IMG/VR virus record: IMGVR_UViG_3300032030_002018
Origin: a virus
Lineage: Duplodnaviria; Caudoviricetes
Direction: 5' to 3' (one strand)
DNA: 64,000 nt
Part shown: positions 49,071 through 59,239 of the stretch, one piece after another
Position numbering within the stretch: the stretch's first letter is position 1
Layout: the number at the start of each line of letters is the position of its first letter
The notes under the pieces: model-generated
Database searches by the model: none
Seen by the model: only the letters and a program-made list of their open reading frames with translations
What the model was told of the DNA's origin: nothing
Made by a program: the position numbers and the translations under genes

Positions 49071-49256
49071 TTAGTGTTCCAATCCTTTGAAATAGTTACG
49101 AATGTCATCCTCGCATTGAATGTTTTCAAGTTCCATAACTGCCATTGCCAATTTGGTTTTGATACTGCCATCTGTCATATTATGATAGACACGACGATAG
49201 AATGCACTTGTTTCACCCATTTTTTTTACCATCTCAATTATTTGTTCCTTATTCAT
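49071..49256 (-). CDS. MNKEQI-family small protein
   Basis: similar to 51450..51626 and 51673..51885. Confidence 0.65.
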   Translation of the reverse strand: MNKEQIIEMVKKMGETSAFYRRVYHNMTDGSIKTKLAMAVMELENIQCEDDIRNYFKGLEH

Positions 49257-49337
49257 ATCTCTATTATGTTTTTATTGGTTATGTTCCAAATGTACACAAT
49301 TTATTTTACAATTCCAAATGTTTTGAGGATTTTTTTA

Positions 49338-49553
49338 TTACATTTGTGTGAAAATGTAATATCCCATCTTGTCCACATCAATCTCGCCATCCTCATCAAT
49401 AAGGTTGTTTGCTATGGCGTCGTCCATTGAGATTTCCCCAACATACTCACCAAATAACTCATTGTCTGTGGATACATAGACATCAAAGAATGAACGATTG
49501 GTGTCTGTATCATAGCACTTCTTCACAAGGTAATTGTCAACTTTAATGCACAT
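49338..49553 (-). CDS. hypothetical protein
   Basis: ORF after promoter repeat. Confidence 0.6.
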   Translation of the reverse strand: MCIKVDNYLVKKCYDTDTNRSFFDVYVSTDNELFGEYVGEISMDDAIANNLIDEDGEIDVDKMGYYIFTQM

Positions 49554-49653
49554 ATTGTTTCTTGTTTTATTGGTTTAACTGATGCAAATGTAAGAAATTT
49601 ATTTTAATCTACCAAACTTTTGGATTATTTTTTTTAGGTAATAATATACAAGT

Positions 49654-49846
49654 TGACCCATTGAGAAAGTTACTTGACCTGTTCCTCCGTCCTCCCTTAC
49701 ATCGTTAGCATCGCAGTTGCGTGAAATGGTTCGTGGTATTGTGTAATACGTCACCAAATGTCGATGCGATATGGGTTTGCCAACTAAGCCTACCACAGCC
49801 AATGGTCGAAGCCATAGTAGTTAGTACTCACTTAATCTTTAGGTCA
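49654..49846 (-). ncRNA. candidate structured ncRNA (~190 nt)
   Basis: GC-elevated intergenic stretch closed by tgacc/ggtca with internal hairpins; strand inferred from neighbours. Confidence 0.4.
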
Positions 49847-49866
49847 TTGCTATATTATTTCCTTTT

Positions 49867-50286
49867 TTAATATGGATGATTAATTTCTTTAAGATGGTCA
49901 ATGATAATCTTTGATGTCTTGCAAGCGTATTCATTTCTGCCATCATAATAGTTCTTTTCGCAATTCTCTGCGAGTTTGGATATGTATGCCATACACACCT
50001 TGAACATCTCATTTTGTAGGTATCTATGGTCGTAAGACATCTTTTCAGCGACCCTTGTCTTACTGCGCATCTTCCCATTGACAAAGTTACCAAACTGCCT
50101 TGCAAAGACATCATCCTCTGTCTCATTGTCACGTCTGCACATCCCATATTCAAACCTTTCAAGGACTTGATTCAATAGGTGTGTTTTTCCATCACTTGTT
50201 ATCAAATCTCCTTTTATCAGTGAGACAATCTCCTCATTTGTAAGTTGATAACTCTCTAATTCTCTTCCTTCTACTTTGAACTTCAT
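49867..50286 (-). CDS. hypothetical protein
   Basis: 139-aa ORF after promoter repeat. Confidence 0.7.
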   Translation of the reverse strand: MKFKVEGRELESYQLTNEEIVSLIKGDLITSDGKTHLLNQVLERFEYGMCRRDNETEDDVFARQFGNFVNGKMRSKTRVAEKMSYDHRYLQNEMFKVCMAYISKLAENCEKNYYDGRNEYACKTSKIIIDHLKEINHPY

Positions 50287-50530
50287 ATCTCTATCTGTTT
50301 TTATTGGTTTAACTTAATGCAAATGTAAGAAATTTATTTGAATTATCCAAATATTTTGAGAACTTTTTTCAATTTTTTTATAGGTGCGTCCTGAGCACAC
50401 GTCTCTCTGACACAAATGTAAGCAATTTATTTTAATCTACCAAATAAATTAACAAAAAAGTGCAATCTCAATTAAGAAATTGCACTTTCCAACATAAAAA
50501 GTTATTAACCAATAAAACAACAAAGATAGA

Positions 50531-50887
50531 TTATACTAAATCGTCGTCTTCAAAATCTTCTTCATCATCCAACAGACCAAAATACTCCAAAGCGTCCTCA
50601 TCAAAGAATTCATTCAAATCATATTCGTCTGTTAATTGGTCAAGAGTGTGATAGCCGGTTGTAGCATATAGCACACTATCCAATGTATCAATAGATAATC
50701 CATTAATGTTTGTAACAAGTTGAAGCGCATCTTCTGACACAATGCCACTATCTATTAGGAAATCATAATATTGCCTTTCTACATTGCTCATACTCTCTTT
50801 AATCAATCGTTTGTTTATTGCTTTTGTAACTCTTTCTGTAATGAGTTGATTCAAGTCATTTTCAGTTAGTCTAATTCTCTTTTTCAT
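50531..50887 (-). CDS. LTExDL-leader protein
   Basis: MKKRIRLTENDLNQLITERVTKAINKRLIKE; TATTTAT motif upstream. Confidence 0.75.
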   Translation of the reverse strand: MKKRIRLTENDLNQLITERVTKAINKRLIKESMSNVERQYYDFLIDSGIVSEDALQLVTNINGLSIDTLDSVLYATTGYHTLDQLTDEYDLNEFFDEDALEYFGLLDDEEDFEDDDLV

Positions 50888-50943
50888 ATCTATATCAATT
50901 TTTTATATAATATAAATATATCAATAGAATGAAAAATACTTTG

Positions 50944-51026
50944 TGCCTACGGTGGGAATCGAACCCACAAGGGATAAATCCCAATGGATTTTAAGTCCAT
51001 AGCGTTTGCCATTTCGCCACATAGGC
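50944..51026 (-). tRNA. tRNA-Leu(TAA)
   Basis: acceptor gcctatg/cgtaggc, anticodon arm atgga-ctTAAaa-tccat, variable arm, GGTTCGATTCC. Confidence 0.92.
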
Positions 51027-51121
51027 ATACATACAGGTGAGTGAATTAAAATCTTGGAACAATATTTATTATAATCAAAAATTGCTGTAACTCACCTTGA
51101 TGTAAAATTCAGCAACTATAT

Positions 51122-51364
51122 TTATTTGGGACTTGCTCTTGCCATATTAAAGGTTAACTAATAGTCATTAATTAAAAACTAAAAATTCTTTAATATTCAA
51201 TTAAATGGGTCGGTCTCTTGCCATAAGTGATGGACTTGAATGTATGTGTGCTTTTGTAACCATAATTGGATAACCCTATTATGCACTATGATGTTGGGGT
51301 TTTGTTTTTATTTAAATATCACCTACTTTTTTCCACAATGTTATTTCGGACCGTCTCTTGCCAT
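51122..51364 (-). CDS. three 7-codon minigenes MARDGPK (51341..51364), MARDRPI (51201..51224), MARASPK (51122..51145)
   Basis: each ATGGCAAGAG-N11-TAA, downstream of a promoter repeat. Confidence 0.6.
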
Positions 51365-51449
51365 ATTAAAGGTGTTTTTATTGATTGTTTGACATTGCAA
51401 ATGTACACAATTTATTTTAATTATCCAAATGTTTTGAGGACTTTTTTTT

Positions 51450-51626
51450 TCAACTTTCCAAAAACAATATCAAATCTAATTCGTCTCCAAAGCCTTGTTC
51501 TTCAAGCACTTCTAATGCTCTATTGGATGCCTCACTTCCATCTGTGAGTATTGCATAGAGTCTTCCGTAGAAACCTTGGCAACTTGCCAATCCCTTAATA
51601 GCGTCTAAAATCTGTTCCTTATTCAT
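51450..51626 (-). CDS. MNKEQI-family small protein (not in ORF track)
   Basis: MNKEQILDAIKGLASCQGFYGRLYAILTDGSEASNRALEVLEEQGFGDELDLILFLES. Confidence 0.7.
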   Translation of the reverse strand: MNKEQILDAIKGLASCQGFYGRLYAILTDGSEASNRALEVLEEQGFGDELDLILFLES

Positions 51627-51672
51627 ATCTGTTCTTGTTTATTGGTTGTTTGTTGATGTAAATGTAAGCAAT

Positions 51673-51885
51673 TTATTTGATATTACCAAATGTTTTGACC
51701 ACTTTTTTCAACTTTTCCAAAAAAATCATCAAATCTACTACATCACTAAAATTCTGTTCTTCAAACAACTCTAATGCTCTCTTGGATGTTTCACTTCCAT
51801 CTGTGAGCCTTGCATAGAGTCTCCCATAATATCCTTGGGAATATGATAAAATCTTAATCGCCTCTAAAATTTGTTCCTTATTCAT
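51673..51885 (-). CDS. MNKEQI-family small protein
   Basis: tandem paralog of 51450..51626. Confidence 0.7.
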   Translation of the reverse strand: MNKEQILEAIKILSYSQGYYGRLYARLTDGSETSKRALELFEEQNFSDVVDLMIFLEKLKKVVKTFGNIK

Positions 51886-51961
51886 ATCTGTTCTTGTTTA
51901 TTGGTTACATTGCAAATGTAAGCAATTTATTCGATATTACCAAATGTTTTGACCACTTTTT

Positions 51962-52803
51962 TCAAGAAATTTGTTTGAAATGATAAGAGGTCATTTCCTT
52001 TCCCATTGATGTGGTGTGCGTTTTCTTCTCCCAAGTGAATTGATATGTCAGTACAACATCATTGCAATTGTAAGAACCAAAATTGAATGATACAAGGTCA
52101 TCATCACTATGTGTTATAGTTATTGGCATATCCTTTTCCATTTGGTCATACAAGGTCTGTTTGTCATAGACACAAGCATACAAGTACATTCTCCTTATAT
52201 ACCCTAAAAATCGCTCTCTCATAGGGTGTATAACTCTTTTATGTAATGATAATCATAAATGATTGTAGTTGCGCCATTGATAATGCTCTCAAAGGTATCC
52301 TTGGCATCCTCATAAGAGTAAGCATTAACTTCTGCATCAACATTGATACAAAACTCATCCTCATCTTCTTCAACATCAATGTTAACGTCGATATTGAGGT
52401 TTCTCAAAGTCTCTACCAACTCATCCTTTGTCTTGGTGTCTGCGCCATTTACAAAGAATGTTGCGCCTATACCCCATCTCTTTAATTCTTTTGTCTTCAT
52501 ATTCTTGTTTTATTGGTACATTGCAAATGTAAGTTATTTATTTGAATTATCCAAATATTTTGAGGATTATTTTATGCGAATTACTAAAATTCCCTCTTCC
52601 ATAGAGCAAGAATCTTTTGTCTCACCTACTTTCATATCTTTGTATTCCTCATAGTAAAGACCATTTTTAATAAAGTCATCCTTTGTATCAAGAGCCACAA
52701 TAAAAGGCTCTCCATTTGTCCACAACTTGATGTCATTTGTTCCAATGGCAACATACTTTGAATTGATAGTGTTCAACTCTCCATTCTTTAAGGTCTTTTC
52801 CAT
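51962..52803 (-). CDS. three small hypothetical genes (51962..52222, 52219..52500, 52567..52803)
   Basis: ORFs after promoter repeats. Confidence 0.65.
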
Positions 52804-53047
52804 ATCTCTTGTTTTTATTGGTTACATTGCAAATGTAAGCAATTTATTTTAATCTACCAGGCATTTAGACAACTTTTTCAATTTTTTTTATATGTGTTCT
52901 GATTATCACATATACAGACCTTGGTCTGACACAAATGTAAGCAATTTATTTGAAACTACCAAATAAATTAACAAAAAAATCCACCAATGTTTCGCAACAT
53001 CAGTGGATTTTACCCCCCTACTTACCAACCCAACTCAACCCTATTGG

Positions 53048-53545
53048 CTAAAATGGGATTCCAAGGTTCTCACAAAGGAGTTTGTAGTCAGTGAGTCTTG
53101 TTGTGGCATCCTTGCCAAGCACCTTGCTCTTTCCCAATACATCCTCAAAGGTCTCAAAGTCACTACTAACCTTGTCGTGAAACCTCTTTATGAGGCGAAT
53201 GACCACATCACTCATCTTGCCACCCACTTTGTTATAGGCGAGGTATGCCATACCCATTTTGTACACCATAAGCACCTTTTCAGGGTCAAACTTCTTGTAA
53301 CCCTTCTCAAAGTCACACATTCTGTATGCGCCATCCCCCACTCCAACTGAAAGGACAAAGTACATCGGGATTTGCTGATTCTCTGCCATAAACTTCACAA
53401 TGGCATCGCATACATCCTTATGTGCTTGCGCCTTGAGTTTCTCATTGTGTTTCTTACCACCCTCGCAATATTGTTTGAGGTTATACTTGCCATTCAACTT
53501 CTTGTTTGCTACTTCCTCAATGAGGTTCTTGATTGTGTTACTCAT
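53048..53545 (-). CDS. hypothetical protein
   Basis: 165-aa ORF with promoter and terminator. Confidence 0.7.
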   Translation of the reverse strand: MSNTIKNLIEEVANKKLNGKYNLKQYCEGGKKHNEKLKAQAHKDVCDAIVKFMAENQQIPMYFVLSVGVGDGAYRMCDFEKGYKKFDPEKVLMVYKMGMAYLAYNKVGGKMSDVVIRLIKRFHDKVSSDFETFEDVLGKSKVLGKDATTRLTDYKLLCENLGIPF

Positions 53546-53897
53546 ACTTGTTTGTTTTTTTATTGGTTTGACTTATTGTTTGTTTGTCTATATTGCAAAT
53601 GTAAGCAATTTATTTTATATTTCCAAATTATTTGAGGATTTTTTTAAGAAATTCTTTTGTGGATTTGGTATTCCGCATTTGGATTTTTCTCTTGTAGTTT
53701 CGCTACAACCCTCTTTGCTCTATCCATTTCATCCCTTGCGGTGATGAAAGACACTCTACCATTTGGGTAATATCTTACTACTACAAACTCTACTTCTCTG
53801 TCATAATTTCCCATATCTCTATATCTGTTTATTGGTTTGACAATGTAAATGTAAGCAATTTATTTGATATCTCCAAATTATTTGAGAACTTTTTTAA

Positions 53898-54786
53898 TTA
53901 ATTCTCCAAATAATATGTTACATAGAGATTATAGATTTCGCTATATGATGGGTATGAATATGGTGCTTTGAGGACTTCATCAATAATTTCGCCCAAGTTG
54001 CGACAAAGGATGCTAACAAGTTCGTTCTCATCCTCAATTTGCTTTGGTGTTGGATATTTCTCGCCAAACAAGAATAGATTCTTGCCATAATAGTCGTGTT
54101 CCTCCATCTTTGCGATGTCAGTCCAAGTCAGTCCACCTTTAACACAAGTGGAAAGGTCATCTTGATTGTTGAGGTCAAATATGTAGTTATTTCCATTGCC
54201 ACAAGTTTCCTCATAAGCATTGTGCGCATTCAAGACACACAAAATCATTTGTGAATCCTTGCTTCTAATGGCGGCCTCAACCCTTTCTTCAATGATGGTT
54301 GATAACTCCAAAACTAACTCTTTCAGAACGTCTTTGTCTTCGCTATACATATCTCTATTCTGTTTTTATTGGTTTAACAACAATCCAAATGTAAACAATT
54401 TATTTGATATTTCCAAATATTTTTGGAGTTTATTTTCAATAAATTGTTTCATTTATTTCCTCTCCATTGATGTCAAGGACAAATGTAATGTGTTGTAGAG
54501 TGATATTCCCCTCTATTGTGGAATAGACACCATCATAGGTATCAATGTCGCAAAGTTGTACTTGCATTGCATTGTCTTGGCAAAAGACTTGAATGTCATA
54601 GGTAACGCCATCCAATGTGATTGAATGCCAAGGTCCATCCTCAACAAAGAAATCACCATAAGGAGCATCAAAGTTCTCCAAACCAATTCTAACCTCTTCG
54701 CCATTCATTATGATAGTAAGGTAGCAATGCTTTACTCTCACATTGTTGTTGAGGTTTTGTCTCAAAAGGATGTCTAATGTTCTCAT
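53898..54786 (-). CDS. two hypothetical genes (53898..54350, 54436..54786)
   Basis: each with own promoter repeat. Confidence 0.65.
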
Positions 54787-55024
54787 ATCTCTTATTGTTT
54801 ATTGGTTACATTGCAAATGTAAGTTATTTATTTGAATTATCCAAATATTTGAGTAACTTTTTTTCATTTTTTTTATATGAACTCTGTTTCTCTCATACAC
54901 AGACCTTGGTCTGACACAAATGTAAACAATTTATTTTAAACTACCAAATAAATTAACAAAAAAATCCCACCAATGTTTCACAACATTGATGGGATACCAA
55001 CTTTCCCACATTATTTACTATTTT

Positions 55025-55855
55025 TTATTTAACAAATTTCCAATATTTGTCCAAATATTTTTTCTCAATTGCCCCAAAGAAACAACCACCACCACTAACA
55101 TTCACATAGGTATCCAAAACTTCATCAATTTCAACTTGATAAGGAATTCTCTTGTATTCAAGAATTGTGCCAATATCATACTTCACAACTTTCTCACCAT
55201 CCCAAAACATATCAAGTTTTGCCAATCTCTCTTTGAACTCAACAATGTCTTTGATTTCAGCGGGTCTAAAATAATCACAATGACAAATAGCATTGGTTTT
55301 AGTTGAAATGTTACCATAGTTTTCATCCTTTGAAACCCAAAACAAATTATTGAAATAACTTCTGTTTATCCTCTTGTCAAAGACAACAATGTCTCCATTA
55401 TTTGTATTGACAAGAACATCTCCACATTGGGAATGCTTAATATCCCATTTGTCCTCTATCATATCAATCAAGATATCACCCTTATTGCCATCTTGGTCAA
55501 CCACATACACTTTATCACCTTTGATATCAATGATTTTGACCAATGAATCGCAATATACAACCCAATCACCAACATTGTAGTTTGTGACTTTGAGAACTTC
55601 TTCCCAACCATCCCAAGTTCTATGGTCTTTGGAGGGCCACAGAATACAAGGTGACATTTCCCAATTGTCATAGAATGTTCCATATTCTGTTAAGGTTTCA
55701 TAATACCCATTGTCAACGCCCTTAATTGTAATCGTCATATTGGATTCATTAGTATCATCAACGCCAAGGTAGTACACCTCTCCAATCAAGTCGCACCACA
55801 TTTTGGTCTTGATTGGTAATTTGTACATAATCTCAATAAGGTTCTTCTTTTCCAT
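55025..55855 (-). CDS. hypothetical protein
   Basis: 276-aa ORF with VGDWV/GDVLV SH3-like beta units. Confidence 0.7.
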   Translation of the reverse strand: MEKKNLIEIMYKLPIKTKMWCDLIGEVYYLGVDDTNESNMTITIKGVDNGYYETLTEYGTFYDNWEMSPCILWPSKDHRTWDGWEEVLKVTNYNVGDWVVYCDSLVKIIDIKGDKVYVVDQDGNKGDILIDMIEDKWDIKHSQCGDVLVNTNNGDIVVFDKRINRSYFNNLFWVSKDENYGNISTKTNAICHCDYFRPAEIKDIVEFKERLAKLDMFWDGEKVVKYDIGTILEYKRIPYQVEIDEVLDTYVNVSGGGCFFGAIEKKYLDKYWKFVK

Positions 55856-55934
55856 ATCTCTATTCTGTTTTTATTGGTTACATTGCAAATGTAAGTTATT
55901 TATTTGATATCTCCAAACTTTTTGGAGACTTTTT

Positions 55935-56783
55935 TCAAGAAATCATAAACTTTATATCATCCACAATAGCATTGATTACATTATCATTTGTGACATCGCA
56001 ACTACTTTCGCCACACAATGGCACTCTACAAGTCAAACAAGCAATACCCCTATTGTCCAAATTCAATGTCATTGAACCCATTTGGCATTTGCCATCATAG
56101 ACAACAATTGCCATATAGTTATTAATATTGCCATCACATCCTCTTTTTCCCTCTCTTGCACTAATGTTCAAAGTTGGGAACAATGGTTTAACCATATCCA
56201 CAATGGCATTGATATCAAGTTCGCCTTTCCACTTCATAGAGTCTCTATATTTCAATTCCTCATCCACCTTTGATTTGAGTAACTTTGTAATCATTTTCAT
56301 ACCAACTACGCCAAAGTCAGTAAGATGGACAAACTTCTCCTTATATGTCCTAAAATTATAAAGTTGAATGGTGCAATTATATTCACCATCAAAAGTAGAA
56401 ATGCTATATATGGTAGGGAACTTCTTCAATTCAGAATTATCCATTTCCAACACATAGGTGTTATTATTGTATATTTTCTCCCAACTTGCAAAGTAAGAGT
56501 GAGAAATAGACAACTCTTTGCATTGGTCAAATACATTGATATATTCCTTTGCGATATCACCATACTTGGCAATGAGTTCTTTTTCTCCTTTGAGCAATCT
56601 CATTGTATCCTTGATTGTACAAGTATATAATCCCATATCTTCCAAAGCACATTGGAGTTTATAGTTATTGTATATGTTCCATTCATCTACACCACAATCC
56701 ACCAACTTCTTGGTATACTCTTTCATACCTTTGATTGTATTGAGGTTGATGCCATTTGCCATTTCAATGTACTTGTTTTCCAT
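55935..56783 (-). CDS. hypothetical protein
   Basis: 282-aa ORF after promoter repeat. Confidence 0.7.
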   Translation of the reverse strand: MENKYIEMANGINLNTIKGMKEYTKKLVDCGVDEWNIYNNYKLQCALEDMGLYTCTIKDTMRLLKGEKELIAKYGDIAKEYINVFDQCKELSISHSYFASWEKIYNNNTYVLEMDNSELKKFPTIYSISTFDGEYNCTIQLYNFRTYKEKFVHLTDFGVVGMKMITKLLKSKVDEELKYRDSMKWKGELDINAIVDMVKPLFPTLNISAREGKRGCDGNINNYMAIVVYDGKCQMGSMTLNLDNRGIACLTCRVPLCGESSCDVTNDNVINAIVDDIKFMIS

Positions 56784-57194
56784 ATCTCTATTCTTGTTTT
56801 ATTGATTATATTGCAAATGTAAGTTATTTATCTGAATTATCCAAATATTTTTGAGACTTTTTTCATATTTTTTTATTGGTTGTCTGACACATAGGCATAC
56901 ACCTTGGTCTGTCACAAATGTAAGCAATTTATTTGAATTGACCAAATAAATAACGCACAAAAAGTGTTAACAGATGTTAAAAAACACCCGTTAACACTAT
57001 ATGGTACAATGGTTTGTGTTGTGATTACCTTATGATATCAATCATTGCAAGTGCAAGAATCATTAGGAAAGCGCACAACACACACACAATGTTTTGGAAA
57101 GCATTGACAACCTCATTCTCCCTATCAAGCATAGTTTCTGATGCTATCAGAATAAGAATTGCCACAATGAAAATCATAATTGCTATGTGTGCCA

Positions 57195-58300
57195 TTACTT
57201 ATATATTTTTGGTCTTATTCCCTCAATGTAGGTATCATATAGTACATCCACCCACTCCATTGCAATGGACGCATATTCATCCATTATTGGTTTGTCACCA
57301 ATGGTACACGCCTTTGGGTCATTCCCATTGGATGCCAATCTATTCATTAGGTCATTACCCTCTTTTACAAAGATGGGTGCGATTGCCTTCAAAAGGTCTA
57401 ACTTAACTTGTGTCTTTAACATATTTCTATCTGTTTTTATTGGTTGAACAATCCAAATGTAAACAATTTATTTTAATCTACCAAATATTTGAGTAACTTT
57501 TTTTAATAAATTCTCAAATATGGTGCATCCATATTCCTTCTAAATGGATAGGGCAAGTCATTGTATCTCTTTACCACACTTTCCAACTCCTCAAAGACCT
57601 TGCAATAGTCATCATAATGGTCTATTGTACTTTGGTGTTCATCAGTGTTTTTCTTAAAGTTCTCAATCCACGCTTGACCTACCTTATCATTAATGGTTGA
57701 ATCATAGTCAATCCTACCATCATTAGTAAGGTTGCATTTTACATAGATTGTCTCGCAATCTGTGTAGTTATATGGGGACACTCTAACACTAATCTCAATG
57801 TGGTCGTATTCTCTTTCCCTTACATAGAGATACTCATTCATCTTCTTGCCCTCTTCATTCAAGGCATTGATGAACCTCTTATTATAGACTTTCCCATTGA
57901 ATTTCAATGCCATCATTGGGAAATACACATTCTCAACAAAGTCAAGAATCTCTTTGCGAAGGTTAATTCTTTTCTCAATGTCCTTGACAAACTCACTTTT
58001 GATTTTCTTTTCTCTCATATTCTTGTTTTATTGGTTGAACATTGTAAATGTAAATAATTTATTTGAATTATCCAAACTTTTGGGAGACTTTTTTTAAGTA
58101 TATTCAATCCATTCAAGTTCTCCTTTATCAATTGACTCCCTAACAACCATATTGAGATGTCTGATTATGTGTAGCATAATCATTGACCCCTCTGTGAGAC
58201 TTCCATCACTTTTTGTTTGTAGGTGTGATTCTATTACATTCTTTAAGTAATTTAGGTCTGTTCCTACAAACCTTAATGCTTGTTTCTCTTCTTTTGTCAT
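57195..58300 (-). CDS. three hypothetical genes (57195..57422, 57503..58018, 58094..58300)
   Basis: each with own promoter repeat. Confidence 0.65.
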
Positions 58301-58915
58301 ACCTTATTATATTGTTTTATTGGTTGAACATTGCAAATGTAAGTTATTTTTTTGAAGATTCCAAATTTTTCCTAATAAAAATTAAAATAAAGTTTATAAA
58401 ATTATCAGAATCTCCGGAACAGGAAATGCAGCTTACACTCTCTACTCTGTCACAAATGTAAGCAATTTTTTTGACATAAACAAATTTTTTTGAAGAAAAA
58501 TGAAAAATTTTTCTCAAAATTGTGTCTTTTTCAATTTTACGAGATATTTATATATGATATATATTTATTATATATCAATAAGAATGTCCGGATAAATAGA
58601 TTCTTCTTTAAATATATTAACCAATAAATAATATAATATATATTATATAACAAAAACCGTGCCAAAGTCAATAGTTTTTGAAACTTTTTTTCATATTTTT
58701 TTATGTTAAATTATTTGGTTAATTGAGATAAATTGTTTACATTTGTGTCAGCGTGTATTATATGGCATTGATTAGGTTCAATGTCATTTTTCATACCCAA
58801 AATTTAACAGATGTTAAAATGTTAAAATCCAGCGAAATCCAGCGAATTCCAGTTCTTTATATCAAAAATAGATTGTTTACATTTGCTCTGTAATCAATTA
58901 AAAACAATATATAAT

Positions 58916-59155
58916 ATGGAAAATCAAATAATGAATGAATTAAAGAAATTTGCAAAAGTAAATGGTTTAACTATCATTACAGTAGATAAAACATTAAAAA
59001 CCAATAAGTTAGGTTTTTATATTTATATATTTGACAATCAAACAAATAAAAGAACATATAAATATATATGTGATAAATTGACTGATAATGTTATTTCTCA
59101 CATATATATTATAATATGTAGATATATTGCTGGAGTGTTAAAAATTAACATTTAA
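58916..59155 (+). CDS. hypothetical protein
   Basis: ORF after TAcaTTTG box. Confidence 0.55.
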   Translation: MENQIMNELKKFAKVNGLTIITVDKTLKTNKLGFYIYIFDNQTNKRTYKYICDKLTDNVISHIYIIICRYIAGVLKINI

Positions 59156-59239
59156 CACTCTGGTAATTTTATTTTTATATATCAAAAACTTTGATATTAC
59201 AGATATTTTGTATATATTTGCAATGTAATATTAAAGTGT

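Larger units (their letters stand above)
36990..58890. promoter_or_regulatory. array of roughly 45 near-identical Bacteroidota-type promoters
   Basis: consensus TTTGG-N~8-AAATAAATTG(T/C)TTACATTTG, i.e. -33 TTTG and -7 TAnnTTTG, before almost every small gene; counted by eye. Confidence 0.85.

Noticed and set aside
36990-58890. Promoter repeats as a CRISPR or attC array
   Set aside because: Repeats match the -33/-7 promoter consensus, are not palindromic and are separated by whole genes
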